Source: an uncultured Planctomycetota bacterium
Lineage (GTDB): Bacteria; Planctomycetota; Planctomycetia; Isosphaerales; Isosphaeraceae
Reading direction: 5' to 3'
Length of the DNA: 64,000 nucleotides
Assembly (NCBI GenBank): GCA_963845755.1
Contig: CAWJTV010000036.1
Coordinates: 468,287-532,286 of the forward strand
Below the pieces are notes generated by a model. That model did no database searches. It had not been told where the DNA came from and was given only the letters and a program-made list of their open reading frames with translations. This document shows, piece after piece, positions 34,107-46,214 of this stretch. Position 1 is the stretch's first letter. Each line of letters starts with the position of its first letter. The position numbers were made by a program, and so were the translations under genes.

Positions 34107-35174
34107 TCAAGCGCCTCGCCCCGGTCGGACCAATCCGGCGGTGACGTCTACATCCAGATCGGCGACCTGGCCAGCCCATAGTTTCGGCAGTGCGATGGCG
34201 CCCATGGCGGCGTTGTCTGTGCACAGTTCCAGCGGCGGGATGAAGAGCTCCGCGCCGAGCTCGGACGTCATCTCGGCGATCCGATCGCGCAATCGGGAAT
34301 TGGCGGCCACGCCCCCACCCACTCCCAGCCGCTTCAGGCCCGACCGGACCAGCGCCTGGCGCGCCTTGGCGACGAGGACGTCAACGACGGCCTCCTGGAA
34401 GCTCGCGGCCAGGTTGCCGATCAATTCTTCATCCTGAGGAACCGGGCCGGGGCGCGCGTTCTGACCGTGCAAGGCGTAGAGGACCGCCGTCTTCAAGCCG
34501 GAGAAGCTGAACTGCAATCGTTCGTCGTGGAGGAACGAGCGCGGGAAGGCGAATGCCGCGCGGTTGCGGCCCCGGGCCGCACGTTCGATCGCGGGCCCGC
34601 CAGGGTAACCCAATCCGAGCAGGTTCGCCACCTTGTCGAACGCCTCGCCCGCAGCGTCGTCGGTCGTGCCGCCCAGGAAGGTGCAGTTGAGCGGGCTGTC
34701 GCAGCGATAGAGGCTCGTATGACCGCCGGAGACCACCAGGCCGACGCACGGATACACGTCCCGGTCGGGGTGGGCGAGCTGACAGGCGTAGAGATGACCC
34801 TCCAGGTGATCGATGGCAATTAGAGGGATCTCCAGCGCAAGGGCCAGGGTCTTGGCCGCGGTCAGGCCGACGATCAGGGCGCCCACAAGCCCTGGACGCG
34901 TCGCGACCGCGACCGCGTCCAGATCGCTCAGGGAAACCTCGGCCCGGCGCAGGGCCTCGTCGATCATCGGCAGGATCTGACGGACATGAGCCCGCGAGGC
35001 GATCTCGGGAACCACGCCGCCGTATCGCTCGTGCAGACCCACTTGCGAGGCCACCACGCTGGAACGAATCCGCGGCACGCCGGTGGCCGGCGGTCGCGGG
35101 CCTTCCAGGACCGCCGCGGCCGTCTCGTCACAGGTCGTCTCGATGGCCAGCAGGATCAACGAATCGCGTCTCAT
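34107..35174 (-). CDS. tsaD: tRNA N6-adenosine threonylcarbamoyltransferase
   Basis: LAIETTCDETAAA, GGVVPEIASRAH, HLEGH, VSGGHT, DDAAGEAFDK, FSFSGLKT, GGVAAN and CTDNAAM. Confidence 0.97.
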   Translation of the reverse strand: MRRDSLILLAIETTCDETAAAVLEGPRPPATGVPRIRSSVVASQVGLHERYGGVVPEIASRAHVRQILPMIDEALRRAEVSLSDLDAVAVATRPGLVGALIVGLTAAKTLALALEIPLIAIDHLEGHLYACQLAHPDRDVYPCVGLVVSGGHTSLYRCDSPLNCTFLGGTTDDAAGEAFDKVANLLGLGYPGGPAIERAARGRNRAAFAFPRSFLHDERLQFSFSGLKTAVLYALHGQNARPGPVPQDEELIGNLAASFQEAVVDVLVAKARQALVRSGLKRLGVGGGVAANSRLRDRIAEMTSELGAELFIPPLELCTDNAAMGAIALPKLWAGQVADLDVDVTAGLVRPGRGA

Positions 35175-35331
35175 GTCCAGAATGGGGTTGGCCCTGGACG
35201 CGGCCGGATACTCACTCGATGTGCCAACGAGGGGTTTGTCAGTCATCCCCTCGCTGGCGCGTCGCATCCGCCGTGAGATTGCGGATGCCGTCAACCCGTC
35301 GGCCCGAGGTTTCGCCGTGAGATCGGCCCGA

Positions 35332-36798
35332 TCACGCCGCCTTGGCCTTGGCTTCTAACTTGGAACGGATGACTTCCAGCGCTTTATCCAGCGCCTTGTC
35401 GACGAACGGCCGGGAGGACCGTCGCGTCCCCGAGCGCTTCGGCTGGGACTTTTCCGCCGCGTTCTTGGCAGTCGCCTTGCCCTTCTCCTTTTCCTGGGAT
35501 GCCTCGGGCTTGGACTCCGCTTTATCCTTCGATGTCTCGGCCTTGGCTTTCTCGGTCTCGGGCTTGGAGGCTGGAGTGCGGCGATGGCCCGCGGCCATGT
35601 CGCGGTCGCGGCGATCCAGGAACCATTCGTAGTGCTGCCGCGAGGTCAGCTTCACCTCACACCCGGGATCGGGCGAAACTCCCCACTTGTCCGCCGTCTT
35701 TGCGTTCTTGAAGCGGTGGATGTTTTCCCCAGAGGGGCGATAGTAGCTGGCCACCGTGAGCTTCAGCACGCTCTGACCATCGTCGAGCTCGAAAATGTTC
35801 TGGACCGAACCCTTCCCGTAGGACCGCTGGCCGACGATCGTCGCGCGATGATGGTCCTGGAGGGCCGCGGAGACGATCTCGGACGCCGACGCCGAGTTCT
35901 GGTTGACCAGCACGACCATCGGCATCTCTTCATACGCGGCGCCGTCCTTGCGCGCGCGGTAAGTCTTCGGCGGCGTGTTCCGCCCCTTGGTGCTGACGAT
36001 CTCGCCCTTGTCGAGGAAGATGTCGGAGACCTCAACGGCGGCGCTGAGCAGGCCGCCGGGATCGTCGCGCAGATCGAGGATCAACCCCTTCACTCCCTCG
36101 TCCTTGAGCTCGTCGAGGGCCTTCTTCAACTCGTCCGCCGTGTTCTGGATGAAGCTGGTGATCCGGATGTAGCCGATCTTCTTGTCTTTATCCAGCAGGT
36201 AATCCCACTGATCGTCGGGCCTGCGGTGATCGCCCAGGACACTGGGCACTTCGATGATGGCACGGGTGATCGTGATCGGATCGGGCTCGTCCGACCCCTC
36301 ATGCAGCACGCTGAGCTTGACTTCGGTGCCGGGCCGGCCGGTCAGGATCTTGGCGGCCGAATCCGGATTCATCCCCTCGGCCGGCTGTCCATCGATCTCG
36401 ACGATCTGGTCTCCCGCCAGGATGCCTGCCTCGTAGGCTGGCGTTCCCACCATGGGGGCGATCACCCGCAGTCGCCCGGTCTCCGGGTCGACCCCGACCT
36501 GGATCCCGATCCCGCCGAACTTCCCTTCGATCTGCCGGCGAAACTGCATCCACTCGCCCGTGTTGATGAAGGTGGAGTGAGGATCGAGGTTCTGGAGCAT
36601 CCCTTCCAGGGCACTCTCGAGCAGTTCCCGGCGCGACACCGGACGAACATAGTTGACTTCGACCTTCTCCACGGCGTTGACGAACAAGCCGTAGAGCTCC
36701 ATCATCTCGTCCTTGGGCTTGGCCCCCTGAGTGACCTGCCAGCAGAACAAGCTGACCGATCCGATCATCGCCAGGGCAAAAAAGTTCCGTCGCGGCAT
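35332..36798 (-). CDS. ctpA: Carboxy-terminal processing protease (S41, PDZ)
   Basis: LDPHS, FGGIGI, IGYIRI, LDLRDDPGGLL, SASASEIVS and YGKGSVQ. Confidence 0.92.
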   Translation of the reverse strand: MPRRNFFALAMIGSVSLFCWQVTQGAKPKDEMMELYGLFVNAVEKVEVNYVRPVSRRELLESALEGMLQNLDPHSTFINTGEWMQFRRQIEGKFGGIGIQVGVDPETGRLRVIAPMVGTPAYEAGILAGDQIVEIDGQPAEGMNPDSAAKILTGRPGTEVKLSVLHEGSDEPDPITITRAIIEVPSVLGDHRRPDDQWDYLLDKDKKIGYIRITSFIQNTADELKKALDELKDEGVKGLILDLRDDPGGLLSAAVEVSDIFLDKGEIVSTKGRNTPPKTYRARKDGAAYEEMPMVVLVNQNSASASEIVSAALQDHHRATIVGQRSYGKGSVQNIFELDDGQSVLKLTVASYYRPSGENIHRFKNAKTADKWGVSPDPGCEVKLTSRQHYEWFLDRRDRDMAAGHRRTPASKPETEKAKAETSKDKAESKPEASQEKEKGKATAKNAAEKSQPKRSGTRRSSRPFVDKALDKALEVIRSKLEAKAKAA

Positions 36799-37049
36799 CG
36801 GCGAGTACCCTCCTCATCCGCCAGGACCAATCGTCTCACGGACCGACCGGCACGATCCGAGGATGAGGGCCCTCATCCCCGAACGAACCGCACGCCGTTG
36901 GCTGGTGTCTATGTCAAAGTCTAGTCGATTCTTAGCACGACTGGCAAGCTTGCTCCTTTGACTTCCGTCGGTCAGGCTTTCCGGCCGGATCTACTCGGCG
37001 CGTCGGGGGTAATCTCAACAAAGGGTGCTCACACGGAGGCGACTCTCTA

Positions 37050-37196
37050 ATGGCTCAATTACCTATGACGAATGACCCGGAGAACGGTAAGCTGGACGTT
37101 CCGAACGAGTTCTTGGGACGGAATCGGGGGAATCCAAGACCTCGCCCCCCCCCTGCCCTGCCGCGCCGATCGAAGGTCGGCACTGATCCGACATGA
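37050..37196 (+). CDS. Candidate 48-aa leader peptide upstream of the fusA paralog
   Basis: GGAGG at 37035-37039 and ATG at 37050; MAQLPMTNDPENGKLDVPNEFLGRNRGNPRPRPPPALPRRSKVGTDPT*. The stop is 7 nt before the fusA ATG. Confidence 0.35.
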   Translation: MAQLPMTNDPENGKLDVPNEFLGRNRGNPRPRPPPALPRRSKVGTDPT

Positions 37197-37203
37197 GGCC
37201 ATC

Positions 37204-39334
<2,131 letters not shown>

Positions 39335-39449
39335 GAGCGGCTGGAATCGAGGTCGTCTCTTTGCGGTGTTTTCGCGATGAGAGTTATGTCCCCAGGTATG
39401 GTATCGAGGGGAGGCCCCCCTGCGCTGAGCGAGCCAATTTGATCCCTCA

Positions 39450-39746
39450 TCAGGCCCGCGATTGCCAGATCGACGGATCTCGGGACGTGTGAAAGATGGA
39501 GATCACGATCACTTCCCCTGGCTCCTCCCGATAGAGGACGATGTACGGAAACTGTGTCACTCGGACCTTTCGGACCGGTCCGTACACAGGCGCATACATC
39601 TGGGGGTTCGCCGCGATCCGATTGAATGCCGCTTGAACCTGGGCGAAGAACCGGGATCCGAGGCCGGGCCGGCGTTGTTCATACCAATCGACAGCCTCGT
39701 TGACCTCAACCCTTGCCTCGGGCAAAAGCCGTACCGGAAGGATCAT
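39450..39746 (-). CDS. RelE/ParE family toxin
   Basis: LLPEARVEVNEAVDWYE..PGLG..FPYIVLYR..VISIFHTSRDP. ATGA overlap with the upstream antitoxin. Confidence 0.88.
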   Translation of the reverse strand: MILPVRLLPEARVEVNEAVDWYEQRRPGLGSRFFAQVQAAFNRIAANPQMYAPVYGPVRKVRVTQFPYIVLYREEPGEVIVISIFHTSRDPSIWQSRA

Positions 39747-39973
39747 CGGGTCAGTCGATTCAGAATCTCGGCCTCCACTTGCTCCCAAGGAACGGCTGCC
39801 TGGGGGTTAGCCAGGTGTGCGGCCCAGCGGCGATCGACCTCCTGGCGCTGGGCTTCGGTCAATGGTGAAGCCTCGATGTCGGTGGCAATGCTGTCCCAGA
39901 TTTCCTCGACGAGTTGGAGGCGCTCATCAACGCTCAGGCGGTCGATCCCCAGAGAAGTCATGAGTGTTTCCAT
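39743..39973 (-). CDS. Addiction module antitoxin (TIGR02574-like)
   Basis: LSVDERLQLVEEIWDSI..LTEAQRQEVDRR..PWEQV. Confidence 0.88.
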   Translation of the reverse strand: METLMTSLGIDRLSVDERLQLVEEIWDSIATDIEASPLTEAQRQEVDRRWAAHLANPQAAVPWEQVEAEILNRLTR

Positions 39974-40224
39974 TGCCCGATCCTTTCAGAGTGGGTTGCA
40001 GTATAATCGATCATGCCAGATCGATCGGTACGGGTGAAGACCAGTCTCACTTGGGAGAATCGGACAATCGGACCAGGATTACCGACTCCTGGAGCGAGGG
40101 AACGCGCCGGATTGTCGGCCGCCTCGCGTGAGGAGTAAGCTATCAGGAGCCAGCCGGATCCGTAGCGGCATCGACGACCGGGAACCGGAGCGGACCATCC
40201 ACAACGGCTGGCGGAGGAGATCCT

Positions 40225-40984
40225 GTGTCGGCGCGGTCCTTGCTCGTAGTCTTCGACTCGATTTACCTCGTGGCTTTGACCGCCTGGGTTGGCAGCATCC
40301 TGTTCTTCTCGTTCGGGATCGCCCCGCTGATCTTTCGCGTTCTGGGCGCGGAGTCCGGCGCGAGGTTCGTCCGGGCGTTGTTCCCGCGTTATTACCTCTG
40401 GGCGCCGATTGCCGGATCCGTGGCGCTTCCCGGCTTATGTGGCCGGACCGCTGTGCTTCCCCGAATTCCGGGGGCCGCGGGTCGGCGTGCAGGCCCTGTT
40501 GATCCTGGGCTGCATCCTGGTGATGCTCTACGGCGGGAACTCCCTGGTTCCCGCGATCAACCAGGCGCGCGACGCGGGGCCTGCCGGACACGACCGGTTC
40601 GTCCGGCTGCATCGCCGGTCGGTGCGGTTGAACGGGCTGGTCCTGGTCGTCGGGCTGGGCTCGCTGGTCGCCTTCGCGAGCCGTGCCGTCCCGAGGACGC
40701 AAGGGATCGAGGAAATGACCCCCACGCAGCGGGCGCGCTATGGCGCGGCGGTCAGTCGTGTGATCGAGGACGTCGAGGCCCGGCATGGAATCCGCCCGGC
40801 CCGGATCCGCCAACCCGGGGAATCCTCGGAGCCCGACCTGGTGCTCGACGCCGCAACCGTCCGGGAAATCGAATCTTACTATGATCGACTGCCGGGCCCC
40901 GAGCGGGTCGATCCGGGAGCGAAGATGGAGCGGATTCCCGACCGCGCGGGGACCGGCGGGGGAACACACTCTGGCGGACCATGA
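40225..40984 (+). CDS. DUF4149/TMEM205-like membrane protein (frameshift near 40430)
   Basis: WVGSILFFSFGIAPLIFRVL..FVRALFPRYY and RFVRLHRRSVRLN. Confidence 0.8.
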
Positions 40985-41083
40985 CGCGATTGGCGTAGAC
41001 TCGAAGGATCACCCCGCGAGCCTCATGCATCCAAGAAGTGGGGTGTTCCTTCGCCCGTGTCCCGTGCAGGGATCCAGCCGACG

Positions 41084-42172
41084 ATGACGGCCGAGCCCCA
41101 CAGCACCACGTTCGACCCCGAGCCCGATCTCAGCCGTCGGAACCGTTCCGAACGCCTGCTGGCGACGCTGTCGCCGTTTCGCCGCGTGGTGACGGTCTCG
41201 CACGTCAATCCCGATCCCGATTCCCTGGCCAGCATGCTGGGGATCAAGGCGCTCGTCGAAGCGGCCCAGCCCGGCAAGTCGGTCACCCTCACCTTCGATG
41301 GGATGATCGCCCGGTCCGAGAACCGGGCGATGGTCCAGTTGATCCCGATCCCGATGGTGCCGGTGGAGTCGGTGAATGTCGACGCGGAGACGGCCGTGGT
41401 GATGGTCGACACCCAGCCTTACACCGGCCGCCGTTTCAGCGAGGCGGCCATGCCCCAGGTCGTCATCGACCACCATGAAACGGGCGGGATCCTCGATGGC
41501 GTGCTCTTCAGCGATATCCGCACGCATCTCGGCGCCACCAGCACGATGGTGACCGGCTATCTCCTGGAGCAGAAGGCGATGGTGTCGCCGGCGCTGGCCA
41601 CCGCCTTGCTCTATGGGATCGACTCGGAGACCATGGGCTATCCGCGGGAGGCCTGCTCGCTGGATGATGGGGCGCTCATCTGGCTCTTCCCCCGTGCCGA
41701 CAAGGACCTCCTGGCCCAGATCCGCAATCCCAAGCTCCCCCAGAGCCATTTCGCCACGTTCTATAATGCCCTGGCCAACGCGTTCCTGTACGATAACGTC
41801 GTCGTCAGTTGGTGCGGCCCCGTCACCCAGCCGGACATCGTCGCCGAGATCGCGGACTTCTTCATCCGGTTCGACCAGGTCAACTGGTCGCTCGCCGTGG
41901 GCGACTTCGATGGGCAGATGAAGCTCTCGCTCCGCGCGGGCCAGCTCGGCGGCCGAGCGGGAGACATCCTCCATGCGGTCGTCAACGGCCTGGGCAATGC
42001 CGGCGGGCACGACAAGCGGGCCGGCGGTGCGATCACCCTCACCGATCACAGTCCGGGCGCCGTCGAGGCGCTGCTCCGCACGATCCGGCATCGTCTCCTC
42101 GATCAATTGCACATCGACGAACAACAAGGCCGCCGGCTCCTCAATGATTGCCCAGTCATCCCGGCACCCTGA
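41084..42172 (+). CDS. DHH family phosphoesterase
   Basis: HVNPDPDSLAS, VDTQP, VIDHH, GATST, GIDSET and AGGH. Confidence 0.9.
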   Translation: MTAEPHSTTFDPEPDLSRRNRSERLLATLSPFRRVVTVSHVNPDPDSLASMLGIKALVEAAQPGKSVTLTFDGMIARSENRAMVQLIPIPMVPVESVNVDAETAVVMVDTQPYTGRRFSEAAMPQVVIDHHETGGILDGVLFSDIRTHLGATSTMVTGYLLEQKAMVSPALATALLYGIDSETMGYPREACSLDDGALIWLFPRADKDLLAQIRNPKLPQSHFATFYNALANAFLYDNVVVSWCGPVTQPDIVAEIADFFIRFDQVNWSLAVGDFDGQMKLSLRAGQLGGRAGDILHAVVNGLGNAGGHDKRAGGAITLTDHSPGAVEALLRTIRHRLLDQLHIDEQQGRRLLNDCPVIPAP

Positions 42173-42314
42173 AGACCTCCGGCCGATGTCAAGAGGGAAG
42201 TACAATCGGAGCTTCGCCTCCACTTGCCCCGCCTGGCATTCGAAATGTAGAGTGTCTTAGTCTTCCGCGATCGGGAGCGAAACGACGAGATGGGCTACGA
42301 TCCGTGACCGTGCA

Positions 42315-43064
42315 GTGAATCGACCGACGATGAGGCCAACCCCCCAACCTCCGACGCTCGAAGTCTACATGCTGGGGCTGGTCAACTTCGAAGAGGTCCA
42401 GCAACTCCAGCGCCGGATGGTCTACGAAGTCGGCGAATCGGGGATTGCGACACTCATCCTGTGCGAGCATCCGCCGACGATCAGCGTCGGCCGGACCGGC
42501 AGCCGCGCCCATATTCTCGCCGATGACGAGGTGCTTCAGGGCCTGGGAGTGAAGGTCTACTATGTCAACCGCGGTGGGGGCTGCGTGCTGCATGTCCCGG
42601 GCCAGCTCGCGGTGTATCTGGCGCTGCCGCTGGAGCCTCTGGGCTTGAACGTTCAGGGTTACGTGGATCGATTGCATTCCACGATCCTGGGGGTCCTCGA
42701 AGAGTTCGATCTCAGCGGCGCCCTCCGGCCCGAGCTCCCGGGCGTCTTCTCGGGGCCGGCGCGAATCGCCACGGTCGGCGTCGCCGTGAACCGATGGATC
42801 GCCTATCATGGACTGACGCTGAACGTCGGCCCGTATCTCGAATTGTTCCACGTGCTGGAGGAGCCGGGGATCGGCAAGGCACCGCTCCGTCACACGTCGA
42901 TGGAATCCCGCCGGCAGCGCCAGACGCCGATGCCGAAGGTGCGCGAGTCGCTCGTTCGCAAGGTCGAGGAGGTCTTCGGCCTGGAGCGGCACCACCTTTA
43001 TACCCAGCACCCGCAGATCGGGCGAAAGACGCTTACCCATGTTTACGCTCCCAGTCCTGGATGA
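42315..43064 (+). CDS. lipB: Lipoyl(octanoyl) transferase
   Basis: LCEHPPTISVGR, NRGGG..HVPGQLAVY and WIAYHGLTLNV. Upstream of lipA. Confidence 0.85.
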   Translation: MNRPTMRPTPQPPTLEVYMLGLVNFEEVQQLQRRMVYEVGESGIATLILCEHPPTISVGRTGSRAHILADDEVLQGLGVKVYYVNRGGGCVLHVPGQLAVYLALPLEPLGLNVQGYVDRLHSTILGVLEEFDLSGALRPELPGVFSGPARIATVGVAVNRWIAYHGLTLNVGPYLELFHVLEEPGIGKAPLRHTSMESRRQRQTPMPKVRESLVRKVEEVFGLERHHLYTQHPQIGRKTLTHVYAPSPG

Positions 43065-43958
43065 ACCGACGGCTCAGGCCCCCGGCGAGGGCCGCGGCGG
43101 ATCGCGTCGGCTCCCCGACTGGCTGAAGCGGCCGATCCCGGCAGCCGGGGGAATGGCCTTTACCCGGAAGCTGGTCGAAGAGCTGGGACTCGAGACCGTC
43201 TGCGAGAGCGCCCGCTGTCCGAACCGCTCCGAGTGCTGGACGCGACGGACCGCCACGTTCATGATCCTGGGCGATGTCTGCACGCGCCCCTGTGGCTTCT
43301 GCGCAGTGAAACGAGGACGGCCCGAGGCTGTTGCCTTCGACGAGCCGGAGCGGCTCGCCGAGGCCTGCCATCGGCTCGGCCTGCGGCACGTCGTGATTAC
43401 CTCCGTCACCCGCGACGACCTGCCCGACGGCGGCGCGGAGCACTTCCGCCAATGCGTCGTGGCCGTTCGACAGCGGACCGGCGCCACGATCGAAGTGCTC
43501 ACGCCCGACTTCGACGGCCGGCACGAGTTGATTGACACCGTTCTCCTGTCCCGCCCGGAGGTCTTCAACCACAACCTCGAGACGATCGCCCGGCTCCAGC
43601 AACACGTGCGACGGAAGAGCCGCTATGACGTGAGCCTGTCCGTCCTGGCGCACGCCAAGGCGTCCTGTCCCGCGACGCGGACCAAGAGCGGCCTGATGCT
43701 CGGACTCGGCGAGACGATCGAGGAAGTCGTCGAGACCATGGCCGACCTGCGCGCGATCGGTTGCGACCTCCTGACGCTCGGACAGTACCTCCAGCCTTCT
43801 CCCGGGCACCTCCCGGTCGTCCGATATCTCCCGCCGGCCGAATTCGACGAGCTCGGCCGCCTCGGCGCGGGCTCGGGTTCGCCGACGTGGCGAGCGGACC
43901 GTTCGTCCGCTCGAGCTATCACGCCGACGAGATGGCGCGCCACACGGCCGCGACCTGA
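43039..43958 (+). CDS. lipA: Lipoyl synthase (frameshift near 43870)
   Basis: TVCESARCPNRSECW, CTRPCGFC, TSVTRDDL, NHNLET, KSGLMLGLGE, GQYLQP and GPFVRSSYHA. Confidence 0.96.
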
Positions 43959-44461
43959 TCCAACCGCCTCCCGGTGCGAATCCGATCCGGACAAATCGGG
44001 CGCCCCGGGCCCCAGCTCCTCCCGGCATCGTCCCGGGGGCGGAAATCCTGAGAACAGGTGGAAGAACAGGTGAGGGGCGGGGCTTTTTAATTGACATATG
44101 TACAGTAGAATCAGGACATCGTCGGCTGGCTCGACTGCCGTGCCGGGGGGCGCCTCCACCGGCTTGAGACCGGGATCATTTCGATCGAGAATGAACAATA
44201 CGCACCTCGGGCTCACGCAGTCGGACATGGGTTTCGGAAGGCTGATTCAGACCATGTATTATCCATATTAAATTAATATGTTGTTGTGTTATAATTTCCA
44301 AATGAGGCTGCCGGTACAACGGATGGAATGGAGCGCAACCAGGCCGTCGCGAACCGATCATCCTGGTAGCATGGCGTGTCGTCTCATCGCGATCCGGAAA
44401 CGGCCAGCGGGTGGCTCGTAGCTTCCGGCCTTCGGGGTGGGATTCCACCGGGAGTCGATCA

Positions 44462-45383
44462 ATGCCGCAGCCTGCCGGTCCGGATCACGACCAGCGCCTC
44501 AAGGCGTTGCTCAAGGAGTTCTTCGAAGCCTTCATTCGTTGCTTCTTCCCCCACTGGGCGGATCGGTTCGATTTCGGCGAGATCGACTGGCTGGACAAGG
44601 AGTTGTTCCTCGCACCGCCGCGTGGGGAGAGGCGGCAGCTCGACCTGGTGGCCCGGCTGAAGTTGAAGCCCGGCGCGCCGCCGCCCCGCGACGGCGTGAA
44701 CGACCTGGTGGCCCTGATCCATGTCGAGGTTGAGTCGCGCGAGTGCACGGTGCCCTTCCGGCCGCGGATGTTCGACTACTACGTGCAACTGCGCCGCGAT
44801 TACGGGCTACCGGTGTTGCCGATCGCGGTGTTCCTGCGGGTCGGGATGAACGGCATCGGCTGGGACGCCTACGAGGAACACTTCTGGGAAGAGGAGGTCA
44901 TCCGGTTCCGGTACGCCACCATTGGCTTGCCGGGCGTTCCGGGATTGCCGTACGCGACCGGCGAGAACCTGCTGGGCGTGGCGCTCGAGCGCCTTGATGG
45001 ATCTCCCCGACGACCGTCGGGCCGAGCTGTACGTGGAGGGATTGAAACGGATCGCCGGTTCGGGAGAGAATGATTATCGGCAGTATCTCCTGGCCGAATG
45101 CCTGGAGGCGTACTCGGATCTGGACGAAGGTCAAAAGGCGCGGGTGCAGGCGTTGCTGCACACCGAGTCGTATCGCGAGGTCAAACCCCTCATGAAGACC
45201 ACCTACGAACGCGGCATCGTGCAGGGCGAACTGCGGTCGGCCCTGCGGCTGATGGAATTCAAGTTCGGCCCGTTGTCTCCCCAGGTGAAGCAACAGGTCG
45301 AGGCGTTGTCGGAGGACGCGCGGCGCAACTTCAGATCGATCTCCTCAAGGCAAACCCTCGCGGAACTCCACCTGGACGACTGA
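44462..45383 (+). CDS. Rpn-like PD-(D/E)XK protein with a DUF4351-like C-terminus (frameshift near 44990)
   Basis: DHDQRLKALLKEFF..FFP, LDKELF, DLVAR, LIHVEVES, RMFDYY and PVLPIAVFL. Tail MKTTYERG..FKFGPLS..VEALS. Confidence 0.8.
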
Positions 45384-45449
45384 CTTCCAGGTCGTTCATC
45401 GACGACACCGGCCAGGGTGGCTCGTCTGCGACGGGACGGGACGCGGCTC

Positions 45450-46042
45450 AAAGCGCGGGTGCAGGCGTTGCTGCACACCGAGGCGTATCAGGAGGTCGAA
45501 CCGCTCATGAAGACCACCTACGAACGCGGGGTTGAAGACGGTATCGAACAGGGCGAGCGTCGGGCGGCCCTACGACAAATGGAAGCGAAGTTCGGCCCGT
45601 TGTCCCCCGAAGTCAAGCAACGGGTTGAGGCGTTGTCGCCTGAGGCGCTGGACCAACTCCTGCTCGATCTTCTTGGGGGAAACCCCTCGAGGAACTCCGC
45701 CTGGACGATTGAAGCCCAAGTCCTTCGCGGACGACGCGGGGCAGGTGCGCTGGCTTTCGCCGAACTGGACGAGGCCCAAAAGGAACGAGTGCAGGCGTTG
45801 CTGCACACCGAGGCGTATCAGGAGGTCGGACCCCTCATGAAGACCACTTACGAACGCGGGATCGAGGACGGCATCGAACGCGGCGAACTGCGGTTGACCC
45901 TGCGGCTTATGGAATTCAAGTTCGGCCCGTTGTCTTCCCAGGTGAAGCAACAGGTCGAGGCGTTGTCGGAGGACGCGCGGCGCAACTCCAGATCGATCTG
46001 CTCGAGGCGAAGACTCTCGCGGAACTCCACCTGGACGGTTGA
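45450..46042 (+). repeat. Two tandem copies of the Rpn C-terminal cassette (small ORFs about 45507-45712 and 45837-46042)
   Basis: gtgcaggcgttgctgcacaccgag..GGAGGtc..ATGaagaccac recurs with 315-bp and 330-bp spacing. Each copy encodes MKTTYERG..KFGPLS..VEALS..L.LD. Confidence 0.85.
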
Positions 46043-46214
46043 AGGCCAAGTCGATGGGCGACGACACCGGGCAAGATCGATCGTCTGACGGAACGGGACG
46101 CGTCGGTGAAAGTGTACGAGAAGGCGTGCCGTGTGGGTCGAGCGGAGCGAGGCCGACCGGGTTGCCCGGCGGATCCCGGTCGGCTGTACGCCGCTCCGCG
46201 ACGTTCGACCCACC

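Noticed and set aside
44091..44111. TTGACA...TAGAAT sigma70 promoter
   Set aside because: The spacer is only 9 nt, incompatible with a -35/-10 promoter.
44125..44162. tmRNA/tRNA 3'-end-like att site (cgcctccacc)
   Set aside because: There is no T-arm (GTTCGA) stem-loop or CCA end; the match is too short.
45136..46090. Repeat array as CRISPR
   Set aside because: The units are ~320-bp protein-coding duplications, not short repeats with unique spacers, and there are no cas genes.
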